From the IMG/VR virus record IMGVR_UViG_3300012664_000092, positions 1-34,654 of that record: a stretch of DNA of 34,654 bases; one strand, written 5' to 3'. The stretch comes from a virus. The notes beneath the pieces were generated by a model. The model did not search any database and was not told the DNA's origin. It saw only the letters and a program-made list of their open reading frames with translations. The position numbers were made by a program, and so were the translations under genes. Below are positions 7,191 through 15,030 of this stretch, piece by piece (the stretch's first letter is position 1; the number at the start of each line of letters is the position of its first letter).

Positions 7191-8092
7191 CTGAGGATAT
7201 TGACTTTGATGCTTACCGGGAAGCGGAGAATATTCGTAACCGAGTTAGGGAAAAGTCAGAGTTTACCGATGAAATAAACCATTACTTTGCCACTAGGATG
7301 TACGGCATAGATGGGGATAAATTGCCTTGGCGTAAGTGTGACCAACTCATAGGATTTAGAAAAGCTGAGGTCAGTATTTGGGCTGGTGAGAATGGCTCAG
7401 GTAAGTCTTTAATGCTTGGTCAGCTCAAGCTAGGATTGTTGGCTCAGAATAAAAAGGTGCTTACTGCCAGCTTAGAAATGCAGCCTTACAAAACACTTGC
7501 TCGAATGGCTAGACAAGCAACTGGTCAGCCAATACCCTCTAAAAACGATATAGAGGCGTTTTCAGCGTGGAAAATGGATAGGGGATACCTGTATGACCAT
7601 GTGGGTCGTTTAGAGCCTTGGCAAGCCGTTGCTCTGTGCCGTTACGCTTCCAAAGAATTAGGCATCCAGCACCTGATTATTGACTCCATGATGAAGTGTG
7701 TGCGAGGTGAGGATGACTATAACGGTCAGAAAGACTTTGTAGATGCTCTTTGTGATGTAGCCAAAGAAACGCAACTTCATATTCATTTGGTTCATCACCT
7801 TAGAAAGTCCGGTGAAGGGGACAAGATTGCTGAAAAAAAGGACATTAAAGGCTCAGGGATTATTACCGACCTTGTAGACAATGTTTTTTTGGTGGCTAGA
7901 AACCGCAAAAAAGAGAAGGAAACAGAAGTAAACATGATTCCTGATAACACTAAGCCTGATACCTTTTTGGTTTGTGCAAAGCAGCGTAATGGTGAGTGGG
8001 AAGGTACTTTAGGGTTTTGGTACGAGAAAAGAAGCCTGCAATTTACAGAAGAATTTGGCTTGCCAATGACTAATTTTTTGGAGATTAAATGA
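7181..8092 (+). CDS. DnaB-family (RecA-fold) replicative helicase, C-terminal ATPase domain only
   Basis: TTG start with GAAGGAGA 7 nt upstream. Walker A GENGSGKS, Walker B LIIDS, and HIHLVHHLRKSGEGD typical of DnaB/Twinkle-like helicases. Confidence 0.8.
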   Translation: MLITEDIDFDAYREAENIRNRVREKSEFTDEINHYFATRMYGIDGDKLPWRKCDQLIGFRKAEVSIWAGENGSGKSLMLGQLKLGLLAQNKKVLTASLEMQPYKTLARMARQATGQPIPSKNDIEAFSAWKMDRGYLYDHVGRLEPWQAVALCRYASKELGIQHLIIDSMMKCVRGEDDYNGQKDFVDALCDVAKETQLHIHLVHHLRKSGEGDKIAEKKDIKGSGIITDLVDNVFLVARNRKKEKETEVNMIPDNTKPDTFLVCAKQRNGEWEGTLGFWYEKRSLQFTEEFGLPMTNFLEIK

Positions 8093-8931
8093 ATGAGTTG
8101 GCTCTTTTCGCAGGTGCTGGTGGAGGAATACTTGGGGGCAAATTGCTTGGATGGAGAACCGTCTGTGCAGTCGAATGGGAAGCCTATCCAGCTTGTGTAC
8201 TTGCAGCAAGACAAAATGACAAAATTCTCCCGCCTTTCCCGATTTGGGATGATGTTCAAACCTTTGACGGAAAGCCTTGGCGAGGAATTGTTGATGTCAT
8301 ATCGGGAGGATTTCCTTGTCAAGACATTAGTGCAGCCGGGAAAGGTGGAGGAATTGAAGCCGAAAGAAGTGGAATGTGGCGAGAGATGGCAAGGATTATT
8401 GGCGAGATTAGACCAAGTTACGCTTTTGTGGAAAATTCCCCAATGCTCACTATTAGAGGACTCGGAACAGTCCTTAGAGATTTGGCCACGCTTGGGTACG
8501 ATGCGGAATGGTGTGTGCTGGGAGCAGCCGATGTTGGAGCAAATCACCAAAGAGACAAAATTTGGATTGTTGCCCAACGGAATGACATTTTTTCATACTC
8601 CGAACACGACCGGGCTAGATGGAGGCAGCAACTCTCGGAAAGCTCTAAAGAAAAGAATGGAATCATTCCCAACTCCAAACACCGGGATGTATCGCAATCT
8701 GAATTACGACAAGGAACTGTGCATAAAGCGAGCAGAGAAACATCAAACCGATTTGGCGATGGTATCGGTAATGCAATTTGGTGGAAGTCTGAACCCGGAG
8801 TGGGTAGAGTGGCTGATGGGATGGCCGACAAAGTGGACAGAATTAAAGCCCTTGGAAACGGACAAGTGCCTCTCTGTGCAGCAACAGCTTGGAATATCTT
8901 AATTGAAAGGTTAGAAAATGGAAGAAATTAA
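8089..8931 (+). CDS. DNA (cytosine-5)-methyltransferase, compact phage type
   Basis: Ordered motifs: I LFAGAGGG, IV GGFPCQDIS (catalytic Cys at 8317-8319), VI FVENSP, VIII HQRDKIWIVA, X DRIKALGNGQVP. Confidence 0.9.
   Translation: MNELALFAGAGGGILGGKLLGWRTVCAVEWEAYPACVLAARQNDKILPPFPIWDDVQTFDGKPWRGIVDVISGGFPCQDISAAGKGGGIEAERSGMWREMARIIGEIRPSYAFVENSPMLTIRGLGTVLRDLATLGYDAEWCVLGAADVGANHQRDKIWIVAQRNDIFSYSEHDRARWRQQLSESSKEKNGIIPNSKHRDVSQSELRQGTVHKASRETSNRFGDGIGNAIWWKSEPGVGRVADGMADKVDRIKALGNGQVPLCAATAWNILIERLENGRN
8093..8902 (+). CDS. Fully overlapping +1-frame ORF inside the C5-methyltransferase gene (269 aa); candidate overprinted gene
   Basis: ATG at 8093 lies 4 nt after the methyltransferase ATG and shares its GGAG. 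It is open for 269 codons with protein-like composition. Motifs: MSWLFSQ, WPRLGTMRNG, FHTPNT/FPTPNT, LNPEWVEWLMGWPTKWT. Confidence 0.45.
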   Translation: MSWLFSQVLVEEYLGANCLDGEPSVQSNGKPIQLVYLQQDKMTKFSRLSRFGMMFKPLTESLGEELLMSYREDFLVKTLVQPGKVEELKPKEVECGERWQGLLARLDQVTLLWKIPQCSLLEDSEQSLEIWPRLGTMRNGVCWEQPMLEQITKETKFGLLPNGMTFFHTPNTTGLDGGSNSRKALKKRMESFPTPNTGMYRNLNYDKELCIKRAEKHQTDLAMVSVMQFGGSLNPEWVEWLMGWPTKWTELKPLETDKCLSVQQQLGIS

Positions 8932-9256
8932 TCCGAACGCAGCAGTAGACTTTTTGCTTAAAAACGCTGGATTGTTTGCTAAAGCTAAAGCAGATAGAAT
9001 TTATTTAGACGAATTTCGCAAGTCAAAACGAGCTTTACTCATGCAAGAAGCTTTTTTTGCAGGAGTGGACACCATAGCTGGTCAGGAAAGAGACAGTCTT
9101 GCTCATTCAGAATATCGAGCATTACTAGATGGTCTTAAAGTGGCAGTAGAAACTGAAGAAAAACTTAAATGGCAAATGACAGCAGCCCAACTCCGTGTAG
9201 AAATTTGGAGAACTTTACAGGCAAATAATCGACTTATAGACAAGGCTACTCAATGA
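8918..9256 (+). CDS. Conserved hypothetical phage protein, 112 aa, helical
   Basis: ORF with an ATG. AKAKADRIYLDEFRKSKRALLM resembles a recurrent phage family of unknown function (from memory). Confidence 0.6.
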   Translation: MEEINPNAAVDFLLKNAGLFAKAKADRIYLDEFRKSKRALLMQEAFFAGVDTIAGQERDSLAHSEYRALLDGLKVAVETEEKLKWQMTAAQLRVEIWRTLQANNRLIDKATQ

Positions 9257-9747
9257 ACCAAAATCTAGTAAAAGACTTGTTTGAATACAAAAATGGCAGT
9301 TTGTATTGGAAAGTATCTTTAAATCAAAAAATAGCTATTGGGTCAAAAGCTGGAAGTATTGATAAACATGGGTATGTAAACATACAAATAAACAAACAAA
9401 AACATAAGGTTCATAGATTGGTGTTTTTATATCATCATGGTTATTTGCCAAAAGAAATTGACCATATTGACAATGACAAAACTAACAACAATATTGAAAA
9501 TTTACGCCCAGCATCTCGTTCAGAAAACATGAAAAACATGGGATTTCATAGCAAAAACAAATCAGGAGTTAAAGGTGTAAGTTGGCACAAAGCAAGTAAT
9601 AGGTGGACTGTGCAGCTTATGGTTAATAACAAAAAAACATACTTTGGAATTTACAAAGACATAGAACTAGCTGAATTGGTAGCACAAGAAGCTAGAAACA
9701 AATATCACAAGGAGTTTGCAAATCATGGCAATTTTTACATTATCTGA
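9253..9747 (+). CDS. HNH homing endonuclease with an AP2 DNA-binding domain
   Basis: HRLVFLYHHGYLPKEIDHIDNDKTNNNIENLR (HNH_3), then SGVKGVSWHKASNRWTVQL...YFGIY (AP2). Confidence 0.85.
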   Translation: MNQNLVKDLFEYKNGSLYWKVSLNQKIAIGSKAGSIDKHGYVNIQINKQKHKVHRLVFLYHHGYLPKEIDHIDNDKTNNNIENLRPASRSENMKNMGFHSKNKSGVKGVSWHKASNRWTVQLMVNNKKTYFGIYKDIELAELVAQEARNKYHKEFANHGNFYII

Positions 9748-9988
9748 ATTAGAGCACCCAATTCCTTTTTATGGCATTTACCAAGAAAAGGATGGTTCAT
9801 TTACTATCAATGTGGAGGAAGTTATGGAAAACGAAAAACTAGCCGTTGCTAAGAACAGCCAGTTTAAGTATTCATCTGGTGCAGATGTAGCAAAGCTATG
9901 GAAAGCTTATGGATGGGTAGCCCCTACTACTTATCGTAATGACTACCTATTCAAAGCCAATAGGATAGCTTCAGGACTGTCTAAGTAG
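9725..9988 (+). CDS. Hypothetical protein, last gene of the rightward block
   Basis: AAGGAG lies 10 nt upstream of ATG 9725. The track start at 9716 is less likely. Confidence 0.5.
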   Translation: MAIFTLSELEHPIPFYGIYQEKDGSFTINVEEVMENEKLAVAKNSQFKYSSGADVAKLWKAYGWVAPTTYRNDYLFKANRIASGLSK

Positions 9989-10589
9989 CTCTAAGGATTG
10001 CTAGGACTTTCTGAGTTCTAGCTTTTCTATCTTCTAATCCTATAGTGCCACCGTTGATTTTCTTGGTAATGCCTTCAATATCCATTGGGTTTTTATCGGC
10101 AAGCTCATTCAGGTTACGCTTATTCCAATACCAGCCAGCACTTAAACTCGCATATTCAGGAGTAGTAAGCAAATCAGGATTACTAAGAACATCCACACCA
10201 GCATTAAGTCCGAAATTAGCATAGTTCTCTCTGCCTGTGAGTTGGATTAGTCCACGACCATGATACTTCCAGCCGTCACCTTCTTCAATGTTGCCCATAC
10301 GACCTGCATAGACCTTGTTAGCTATCTTTTCAGGATTGTGCTCATACTTCTCAGCTACATCAAGGTCAGGGAATCGGCTGGGCCATGTACGCATTAAGCC
10401 TTGAGCTGAGTAGTTAAGGTTCTCAGATAGGTTTTTAAATGAGTTGCTTTCGTGCATCACCTGAGCTAAGAAGCAAGCCTGTCTTTCAGGGGTATTAATC
10501 GAATATTTATCAAAGCAGTCATTAAGACCGTCTAGCCACTTTTCATCTAAACCTAGTGAATTTAGTTTTTCAATCGTTATCTGTGCCAT
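9981..10589 (-). CDS. Endolysin, glycoside hydrolase family 19 (chitinase-like lysozyme)
   Basis: FLAQVMHESNSF...ENLNYS...YHGRGLIQLTGRENY...GGTIGLEDR is the classic GH19 phage endolysin signature. Confidence 0.9.
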   Translation of the reverse strand: MAQITIEKLNSLGLDEKWLDGLNDCFDKYSINTPERQACFLAQVMHESNSFKNLSENLNYSAQGLMRTWPSRFPDLDVAEKYEHNPEKIANKVYAGRMGNIEEGDGWKYHGRGLIQLTGRENYANFGLNAGVDVLSNPDLLTTPEYASLSAGWYWNKRNLNELADKNPMDIEGITKKINGGTIGLEDRKARTQKVLAILRAT

Positions 10590-10791
10590 CGTTCTGACCT
10601 ATCTTGATACCTGTAATTAATCCTATAAAACCACCAACAATCGTCTGAAACGCTGGAGATAGCATTTCAAAAACTTTATCGTTATTTACGCTGCTATGGA
10701 ATAAACCAATCAACATAACCATAACCATAGCCATTAGGATTGTTGCCAGCGATACTGTGGCAATCATTGTCATCTTTTCTGAATGTTTCAT
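10570..10791 (-). CDS. Two-TM small membrane protein (holin/antiholin candidate)
   Basis: 73 aa with two hydrophobic segments and an acidic C-terminus. It lies between the spanins and the endolysin. Confidence 0.5.
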   Translation of the reverse strand: MKHSEKMTMIATVSLATILMAMVMVMLIGLFHSSVNNDKVFEMLSPAFQTIVGGFIGLITGIKIGQNDGTDND

Positions 10792-11171
10792 TTAATCGCC
10801 TCATATTGCTTGTAACAGGCTTCTAGCCCTACTCTTATTTCGTCTGCTCTGGCAGCTTCCCTAACAAGAAACTCCGAATCCTCGGCAAAAAGGCTGGTTC
10901 CGTTGCAACCTTTTCCATTGCTGGTTTCTGTGGTACGACCGGTACGCTTACGCAGCTCACTAACAGCATCGACAAGCTGATTATTAATATCTTTGAGTTG
11001 AGCATCTTTGTCTTTCCTTATTAAATCAGCATCCGATTGGTATTGATGTTCCTTGTCTCTAATGGTCTTTTCAGCCTTAGTTTGCTGGTGTTGGCATCCA
11101 GTTACAAAGCCACCGCAAAACAAAGTTACGGCTACCAATGCGTAGATTGCATAAATATTTAAACCAAACAT
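10788..11171 (-). CDS. Rz-like i-spanin
   Basis: 127 aa with an N-terminal TM, a coiled-coil body, and C-terminal FLVREAARADEIRVGLEACYKQY typical of Rz. It contains an embedded Rz1 ORF. Confidence 0.8.
   Translation of the reverse strand: MFGLNIYAIYALVAVTLFCGGFVTGCQHQQTKAEKTIRDKEHQYQSDADLIRKDKDAQLKDINNQLVDAVSELRKRTGRTTETSNGKGCNGTSLFAEDSEFLVREAARADEIRVGLEACYKQYEAIK
10835..11005 (-). CDS. Rz1-like o-spanin lipoprotein embedded in the +1 frame of Rz (not in the ORF track)
   Basis: Hand translation: MLNSKILIISLSMLLVSCVSVPVVPQKPAMEKVATEPAFLPRIRSFLLGKLPEQTK. It has a lipobox LLVS|C and a Pro-rich mature part. Confidence 0.75.
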   Translation of the reverse strand: MLNSKILIISLSMLLVSCVSVPVVPQKPAMEKVATEPAFLPRIRSFLLGKLPEQTK

Positions 11172-11722
11172 TACCGAAATCCACTTATTCTCGGACTAAA
11201 AACGAAAGTAGCTTGCCATGTATCCGGTTTAGGCTGGACATTATCATCCACCAAGCCCATGATATTCCAGCCAAGATTGACCAAAATACAGCGATTAGTA
11301 TTAGCAATACGCTTAATAAAACGAAACTGAAACAAGCCATTAGCTCGAACAAAACACCAACCAGCTTTTGCGTTATCGTTGTCTTTAATGGTTTTATCGC
11401 CATATACAGTCGTTTCGTAAGGATTGGTAAGGTATCTAAGAGCAAAAGAATAGCAAGGGTTACGCCATAACCATTTAACCTTAGCCCAATAGCTAATACC
11501 GTTTATCTTTTGGAAAGTAGCATCACCGTCAAGGGTGTTGTCCGGGGTCATGAACCAGTTAAGCCATGATGGAAGAACAGGGCCTACAGCTCTGAAGCTA
11601 TGGTTATCACACCACCACTCTTTCATAACCTTAAATAAAGGCATGATAGGAGCTGTTATAAGGGCTAACAGCGTTAAAACGAGACTAATTGGTACTAGGA
11701 CTAGGTAAATTAGATAAATCAT
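11171..11722 (-). CDS. Membrane-anchored protein of unknown function within the lysis cassette
   Basis: 183 aa with an N-terminal TM. Trp-rich conserved-looking strings (WLNWFMTPDNTLDGD, WRNPCYSFALRY). Confidence 0.55.
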   Translation of the reverse strand: MIYLIYLVLVPISLVLTLLALITAPIMPLFKVMKEWWCDNHSFRAVGPVLPSWLNWFMTPDNTLDGDATFQKINGISYWAKVKWLWRNPCYSFALRYLTNPYETTVYGDKTIKDNDNAKAGWCFVRANGLFQFRFIKRIANTNRCILVNLGWNIMGLVDDNVQPKPDTWQATFVFSPRISGFR

Positions 11723-11901
11723 TGTATAGGCTCTTTTGTGATGTATCTGAGGATGGCAGTAGTAACCCCTACTAAGGCAAAAATGATGCCATAGTATTTA
11801 GGTTCAATTAGGGTTTGAATGTAAGGAAGGTAGTCTAGCAAAGCACCAAAGACAACTAGGGCTACTGAGAACCACATTGTCTTGGACTTATAGCACTTCA
11901 T
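11719..11901 (-). CDS. Holin candidate (two TM, 60 aa)
   Basis: Two hydrophobic helices and a charged C-terminus. ATGA overlaps on both sides, at the head of the lysis cassette. Confidence 0.55.
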   Translation of the reverse strand: MKCYKSKTMWFSVALVVFGALLDYLPYIQTLIEPKYYGIIFALVGVTTAILRYITKEPIQ

Positions 11902-12137
11902 TTTTTAAAGAAATAATCAGCAATGGAGGCAAGCAAAGACCCGGCAACGCCAGCAACACCCATCAAAGCCCATAAAGAGCCTTTTGAGCGTTCTGCCATA
12001 AGAACTAATTTCTTCACATCGGCTTCCATGCTATCCATCTTTTTCTCCATAGCATCAAACTTTTGCTCGTAGTTCTCTACTTTTTGCCAAAGTACGCCAT
12101 AACGCACAAGGTCTATCTTGCCGTCATCCATAAACAT
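11898..12137 (-). CDS. Coiled-coil protein with a C-terminal TM anchor
   Basis: 79 aa ending GSLWALMGVAGVAGSLLASIADYFFKK. Function unknown (possibly holin-associated). Confidence 0.5.
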   Translation of the reverse strand: MFMDDGKIDLVRYGVLWQKVENYEQKFDAMEKKMDSMEADVKKLVLMAERSKGSLWALMGVAGVAGSLLASIADYFFKK

Positions 12138-12140
12138 TCC

Positions 12141-12374
12141 TTATTGCACTACTTCAACTTCAGCTTTTTCGACTACTTCTGTCAAGGAGCGTTTTAACAT
12201 ATCAATAAATGCCTGTTTTCCAACTTGCAACTGGTCTAAATTAAACTGAGTAGAACCAATTTTTCGGTCTAAATCAGCAATATGATTGACCATTGCTTGC
12301 TGCTCTGGTGTCATATCTTCAAACGCATACTCTACATCGTCAATCGTGACTTGGTTTTTTTTAATGTTTTCCAT
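12141..12374 (-). CDS. Small acidic hypothetical protein
   Basis: 77-aa ORF downstream of the fibre gene. No motif recognised. Confidence 0.5.
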   Translation of the reverse strand: MENIKKNQVTIDDVEYAFEDMTPEQQAMVNHIADLDRKIGSTQFNLDQLQVGKQAFIDMLKRSLTEVVEKAEVEVVQ

Positions 12375-12399
12375 GTCATTTCCTTTCGTGGTTAAAAAA

Positions 12400-12612
12400 T
12401 TATTTTACAGCTTCTTCAAATGGCGTTAAATCGTAACCAGCATAGTAGTCACCTTTAGCAATTTGAATCTCTAAATGCTCTTTATTGCGCTTTACTGTAT
12501 CAGCCCAATCTTCATCAGACATATTCTCAGGCTGTCCAGCGTTGAGTAGGTTTACAGAATCCATAGCTGCTTTGTAAGACTGTTCTACTTGTTCTGCGGT
12601 AATTTCAGTCAT
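12400..12612 (-). CDS. Small acidic hypothetical protein
   Basis: 70-aa ORF with a TAATG overlap to the fibre gene stop. Confidence 0.5.
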   Translation of the reverse strand: MTEITAEQVEQSYKAAMDSVNLLNAGQPENMSDEDWADTVKRNKEHLEIQIAKGDYYAGYDLTPFEEAVK

Positions 12613-14216
12613 TATTTAACTCCTTTAAGTTGGTCAATTTCTGCTTTAAGTTCTTGAATTGCGTTTACTAAATACCATGTAATATTGCTTGCATCAACAG
12701 ACATTACACCAGTCGATTCAGTTTTTACGCAATCAGGAAGAATAGCTTGAAGTTCTTGAGCAATAGCACCTAATTGAACACCTTTAATGTCAATAGCGTT
12801 TTGTGGGTCTAATTCAGTGACTTCGTCTGCTGTGCGGTATTCAAAGTTTCGAATTTGAATTTGTGTAATTTTATCAAGACCAGTTTTATTATCAACAATG
12901 TTCTTTTTAAGGCGTTGGTCAGAAGTAATAGACCAAAGTGTAGAGTTATTACCTTGATATACACCACCACTATTGGGTGAAATAAAGCCTGTATTAGCAC
13001 CTTTACCAACAGCACCACTTCCCGATATAACTAATTCGTTTGAAACTGAACCACTAGAAGAATCGCAATAACCAACATAAACACCTTGTGTTCCTGTTGT
13101 TAAACTTGTTCCAGCTGTATAACCTAAAAAAGTATTACCACCACCAGTTGAAGAATAACCAGCCTGATAGCCAACTGCGGTGTTATTAGAAGCTGTGGTG
13201 TTTGCTTGAAGTGCTTCTTTACCAATTGCCACATTGTTTGCACCAGTAGTATTAAAGCGTAAAGCAATAGAACCTAATGCGGTATTAGCTGAACCAGTAG
13301 TGTTGGCTAAAAGTGTTGCATAACCTATAGCAGTTGTATCGTTTGCTGTGTTGTTATACCCAGCTTGATAACCAAACAAAGCTAAATTTGTTGCAGTTGT
13401 GCCTGTATAACCAGCCTGATAACCTACTGCAGTGTTATTAGAAGCGGTGGTGTTAGAAACTAAAGCACCTGTTCCAAATGCTGAATTGCTATTTCCTGTA
13501 GTGTTATTGAGTAATGCCGTATTACCCATTGCTGTGTTGTCTGAGCCAGTAGTGTTGTAATACATAGCTTGACGACCAAAAACAGTAATATTGCCAGTAG
13601 TGTTGCTGTAACCAGCTTGATAACCTACAGCGGTGTTGTTAGAGGCTGTGGTGTTTGACCTTAAAGCAGAAGTTCCAATTGCTACATTATAAAGTCCAGT
13701 TGTATTTGAATATAAAGACTGAAAACCAAGTGCTGAGTTAAATCCAGCAGAACTTTGTGAAGAATATAGAGCTTGATAACCAACAGCCGTTTCAGAGCCT
13801 CCACCACCTACATAAAGGGCTTGATAACCAACAGCTGTAGTAGCTGAATACCCTGTTCCATTTATTGCACCACTACCGATTGCAGTATTAGTAGAAACAG
13901 CACCACCACCCTTACCAACAGTAAGACCTGATATAGAAGCATCATTAGCTACTGTAAGGGTTGTGCCATTAAATGTTAGGTTAGCAGAGCCTACGACTAA
14001 GCCACTAGAGTTATAGAGGACTTGAGTAGTAGTAGATGACCCTACACCACCTTTAGTGCCAATAACTTGGACTACGCCAGCAGAGTCTTTGTAGTAGAGA
14101 CGACCATCCGCTGTGTTTATCGCTAGCTCTCCAGCCACCAAATTGCCTGCAGTCGGAACGGCAGATGCTGTGCTGCTATAGTAAATGCTTATGGGCGTAA
14201 AGCCAGTTTGGGCCAT
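12612..14216 (-). CDS. Tail fibre with repetitive NTT/NTA-type head repeats and a C-terminal S74 intramolecular chaperone domain
   Basis: N-terminal GELAINTADGRLYYKDSAGVVQ. About a dozen N(T)TxxxNTAxGxxAL-type units. SDQRLKKNI...IAQELQAILPDCV matches the endosialidase-chaperone auto-cleavage module. Confidence 0.85.
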   Translation of the reverse strand: MAQTGFTPISIYYSSTASAVPTAGNLVAGELAINTADGRLYYKDSAGVVQVIGTKGGVGSSTTTQVLYNSSGLVVGSANLTFNGTTLTVANDASISGLTVGKGGGAVSTNTAIGSGAINGTGYSATTAVGYQALYVGGGGSETAVGYQALYSSQSSAGFNSALGFQSLYSNTTGLYNVAIGTSALRSNTTASNNTAVGYQAGYSNTTGNITVFGRQAMYYNTTGSDNTAMGNTALLNNTTGNSNSAFGTGALVSNTTASNNTAVGYQAGYTGTTATNLALFGYQAGYNNTANDTTAIGYATLLANTTGSANTALGSIALRFNTTGANNVAIGKEALQANTTASNNTAVGYQAGYSSTGGGNTFLGYTAGTSLTTGTQGVYVGYCDSSSGSVSNELVISGSGAVGKGANTGFISPNSGGVYQGNNSTLWSITSDQRLKKNIVDNKTGLDKITQIQIRNFEYRTADEVTELDPQNAIDIKGVQLGAIAQELQAILPDCVKTESTGVMSVDASNITWYLVNAIQELKAEIDQLKGVK

Positions 14217-14218
14217 GA

Positions 14219-14779
14219 TTAAACCTTTCTTTCGTTTTTTCTAGCTGCAATAGTAGCTAATCTTGCTTCAATTCGTTTTTTAATTTGTTCAGGGCTTTGC
14301 TTTTTACCTTTATGGGTAGCAGACATAATAGCTCTGTGTGTAGCCGACATTTTTCTGCCTATTGCTTTTTGTCGAATTTTGTCTTTTGCTTCTTCGCTTA
14401 ATCTTTTGCGCTTACCAGCAGCAGAAATTTTGGCTTTTTGTTCATTCGTAAGCACCCTTTCAAGGTTAATCTTACGCAAATAATCTTTAGTTTTTTGTGT
14501 ATGTTTAGTTCCAGCAGCACCTTCGCCACCATCACTTAAATTAGCTAATTTGTAGCCCATATCCCTAAAACAAGAAATAAGTAGCTTTTCATGGTCATAT
14601 GCTTCTTCAGCAGTTTTCCAATAAGCAAGAATTTCTACTGTTGGATTACCATGTTTATTTACAATACGCTTCCAATACTCGCTTCTGTTGCCATAAGTAT
14701 AGGCACGATTTTTCTGTCCTTTACCTATATAAAAGAGGCTTCCATCAGGTCGAGAATGAGCATAGGTGTAATGTTGCAT
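14219..14779 (-). CDS. GIY-YIG homing endonuclease with NUMOD3-like repeats
   Basis: YTYAHSRPDGSLFYIGKGQKNRAY...N (GIY-YIG core), with a repeated basic SxxxKxK DNA-binding tail. Free-standing between two fibre genes. Confidence 0.85.
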   Translation of the reverse strand: MQHYTYAHSRPDGSLFYIGKGQKNRAYTYGNRSEYWKRIVNKHGNPTVEILAYWKTAEEAYDHEKLLISCFRDMGYKLANLSDGGEGAAGTKHTQKTKDYLRKINLERVLTNEQKAKISAAGKRKRLSEEAKDKIRQKAIGRKMSATHRAIMSATHKGKKQSPEQIKKRIEARLATIAARKNERKV

Positions 14780-14790
14780 AGCTTATTTTA

Positions 14791-15030
14791 CTAGAATGTA
14801 CCGCCAAAAATGCCAGTTAATGCTGTAAGTGTACCAACATTGTTTATGTTATTTGTTGCCATATTGAGGTTTCCACTCATCGGAGTTTGACCATCAGAAG
14901 CTACTGATTGAGTAAGGGCATCAGCTATGTTTTGCATTGTTGTATTAGCCCAGCTAGAGGTAATGGTTGTACCTGTTACTACAGGGTTACCTGCTGGGAG
15001 GTTATAGACTCCGCTACCGTTTCTACTCAT
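14791..15030 (-). CDS. Stand-alone tail-fibre N-terminal (anchor) domain protein
   Basis: ATG at 15030 with AAGGAG 6 nt upstream (the track TTG is at 15036). GVYNLPAGNPVVTGTTITSSWANTTMQNIADALTQSVASDGQTPMSGNLNM is a typical fibre N-terminal domain. Confidence 0.7.
   Translation of the reverse strand: MSRNGSGVYNLPAGNPVVTGTTITSSWANTTMQNIADALTQSVASDGQTPMSGNLNMATNNINNVGTLTALTGIFGGTF

Noticed and set aside
7795-8831. Long antisense ORFs (7795..8577, 260 aa; 8544..8831, 95 aa) opposite the helicase and methyltransferase genes
   Set aside because: The translations are Ser/Asn/Cys-rich and junk-like. I found no start context or motifs. One of them spans a gene boundary. I kept them only as a caveat: the region is stop-poor in several frames.
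10788-11171. Rz-like protein read as a unimolecular spanin because of the N-terminal ...FVTGC lipobox-like string
   Set aside because: A classic embedded Rz1 lipoprotein ORF is present in the +1 frame. The two-component i-/o-spanin reading is therefore more parsimonious.
12612-14216. Near-identical DNA repeats in the fibre gene (around 13160-13210, 13420-13460 and 13620-13670), considered as possible template/variable repeats of a diversity-generating retroelement
   Set aside because: There is no reverse transcriptase anywhere in the genome. The repeats are in-frame structural units (NTTASNNTAVGYQAGY) of a repetitive fibre.
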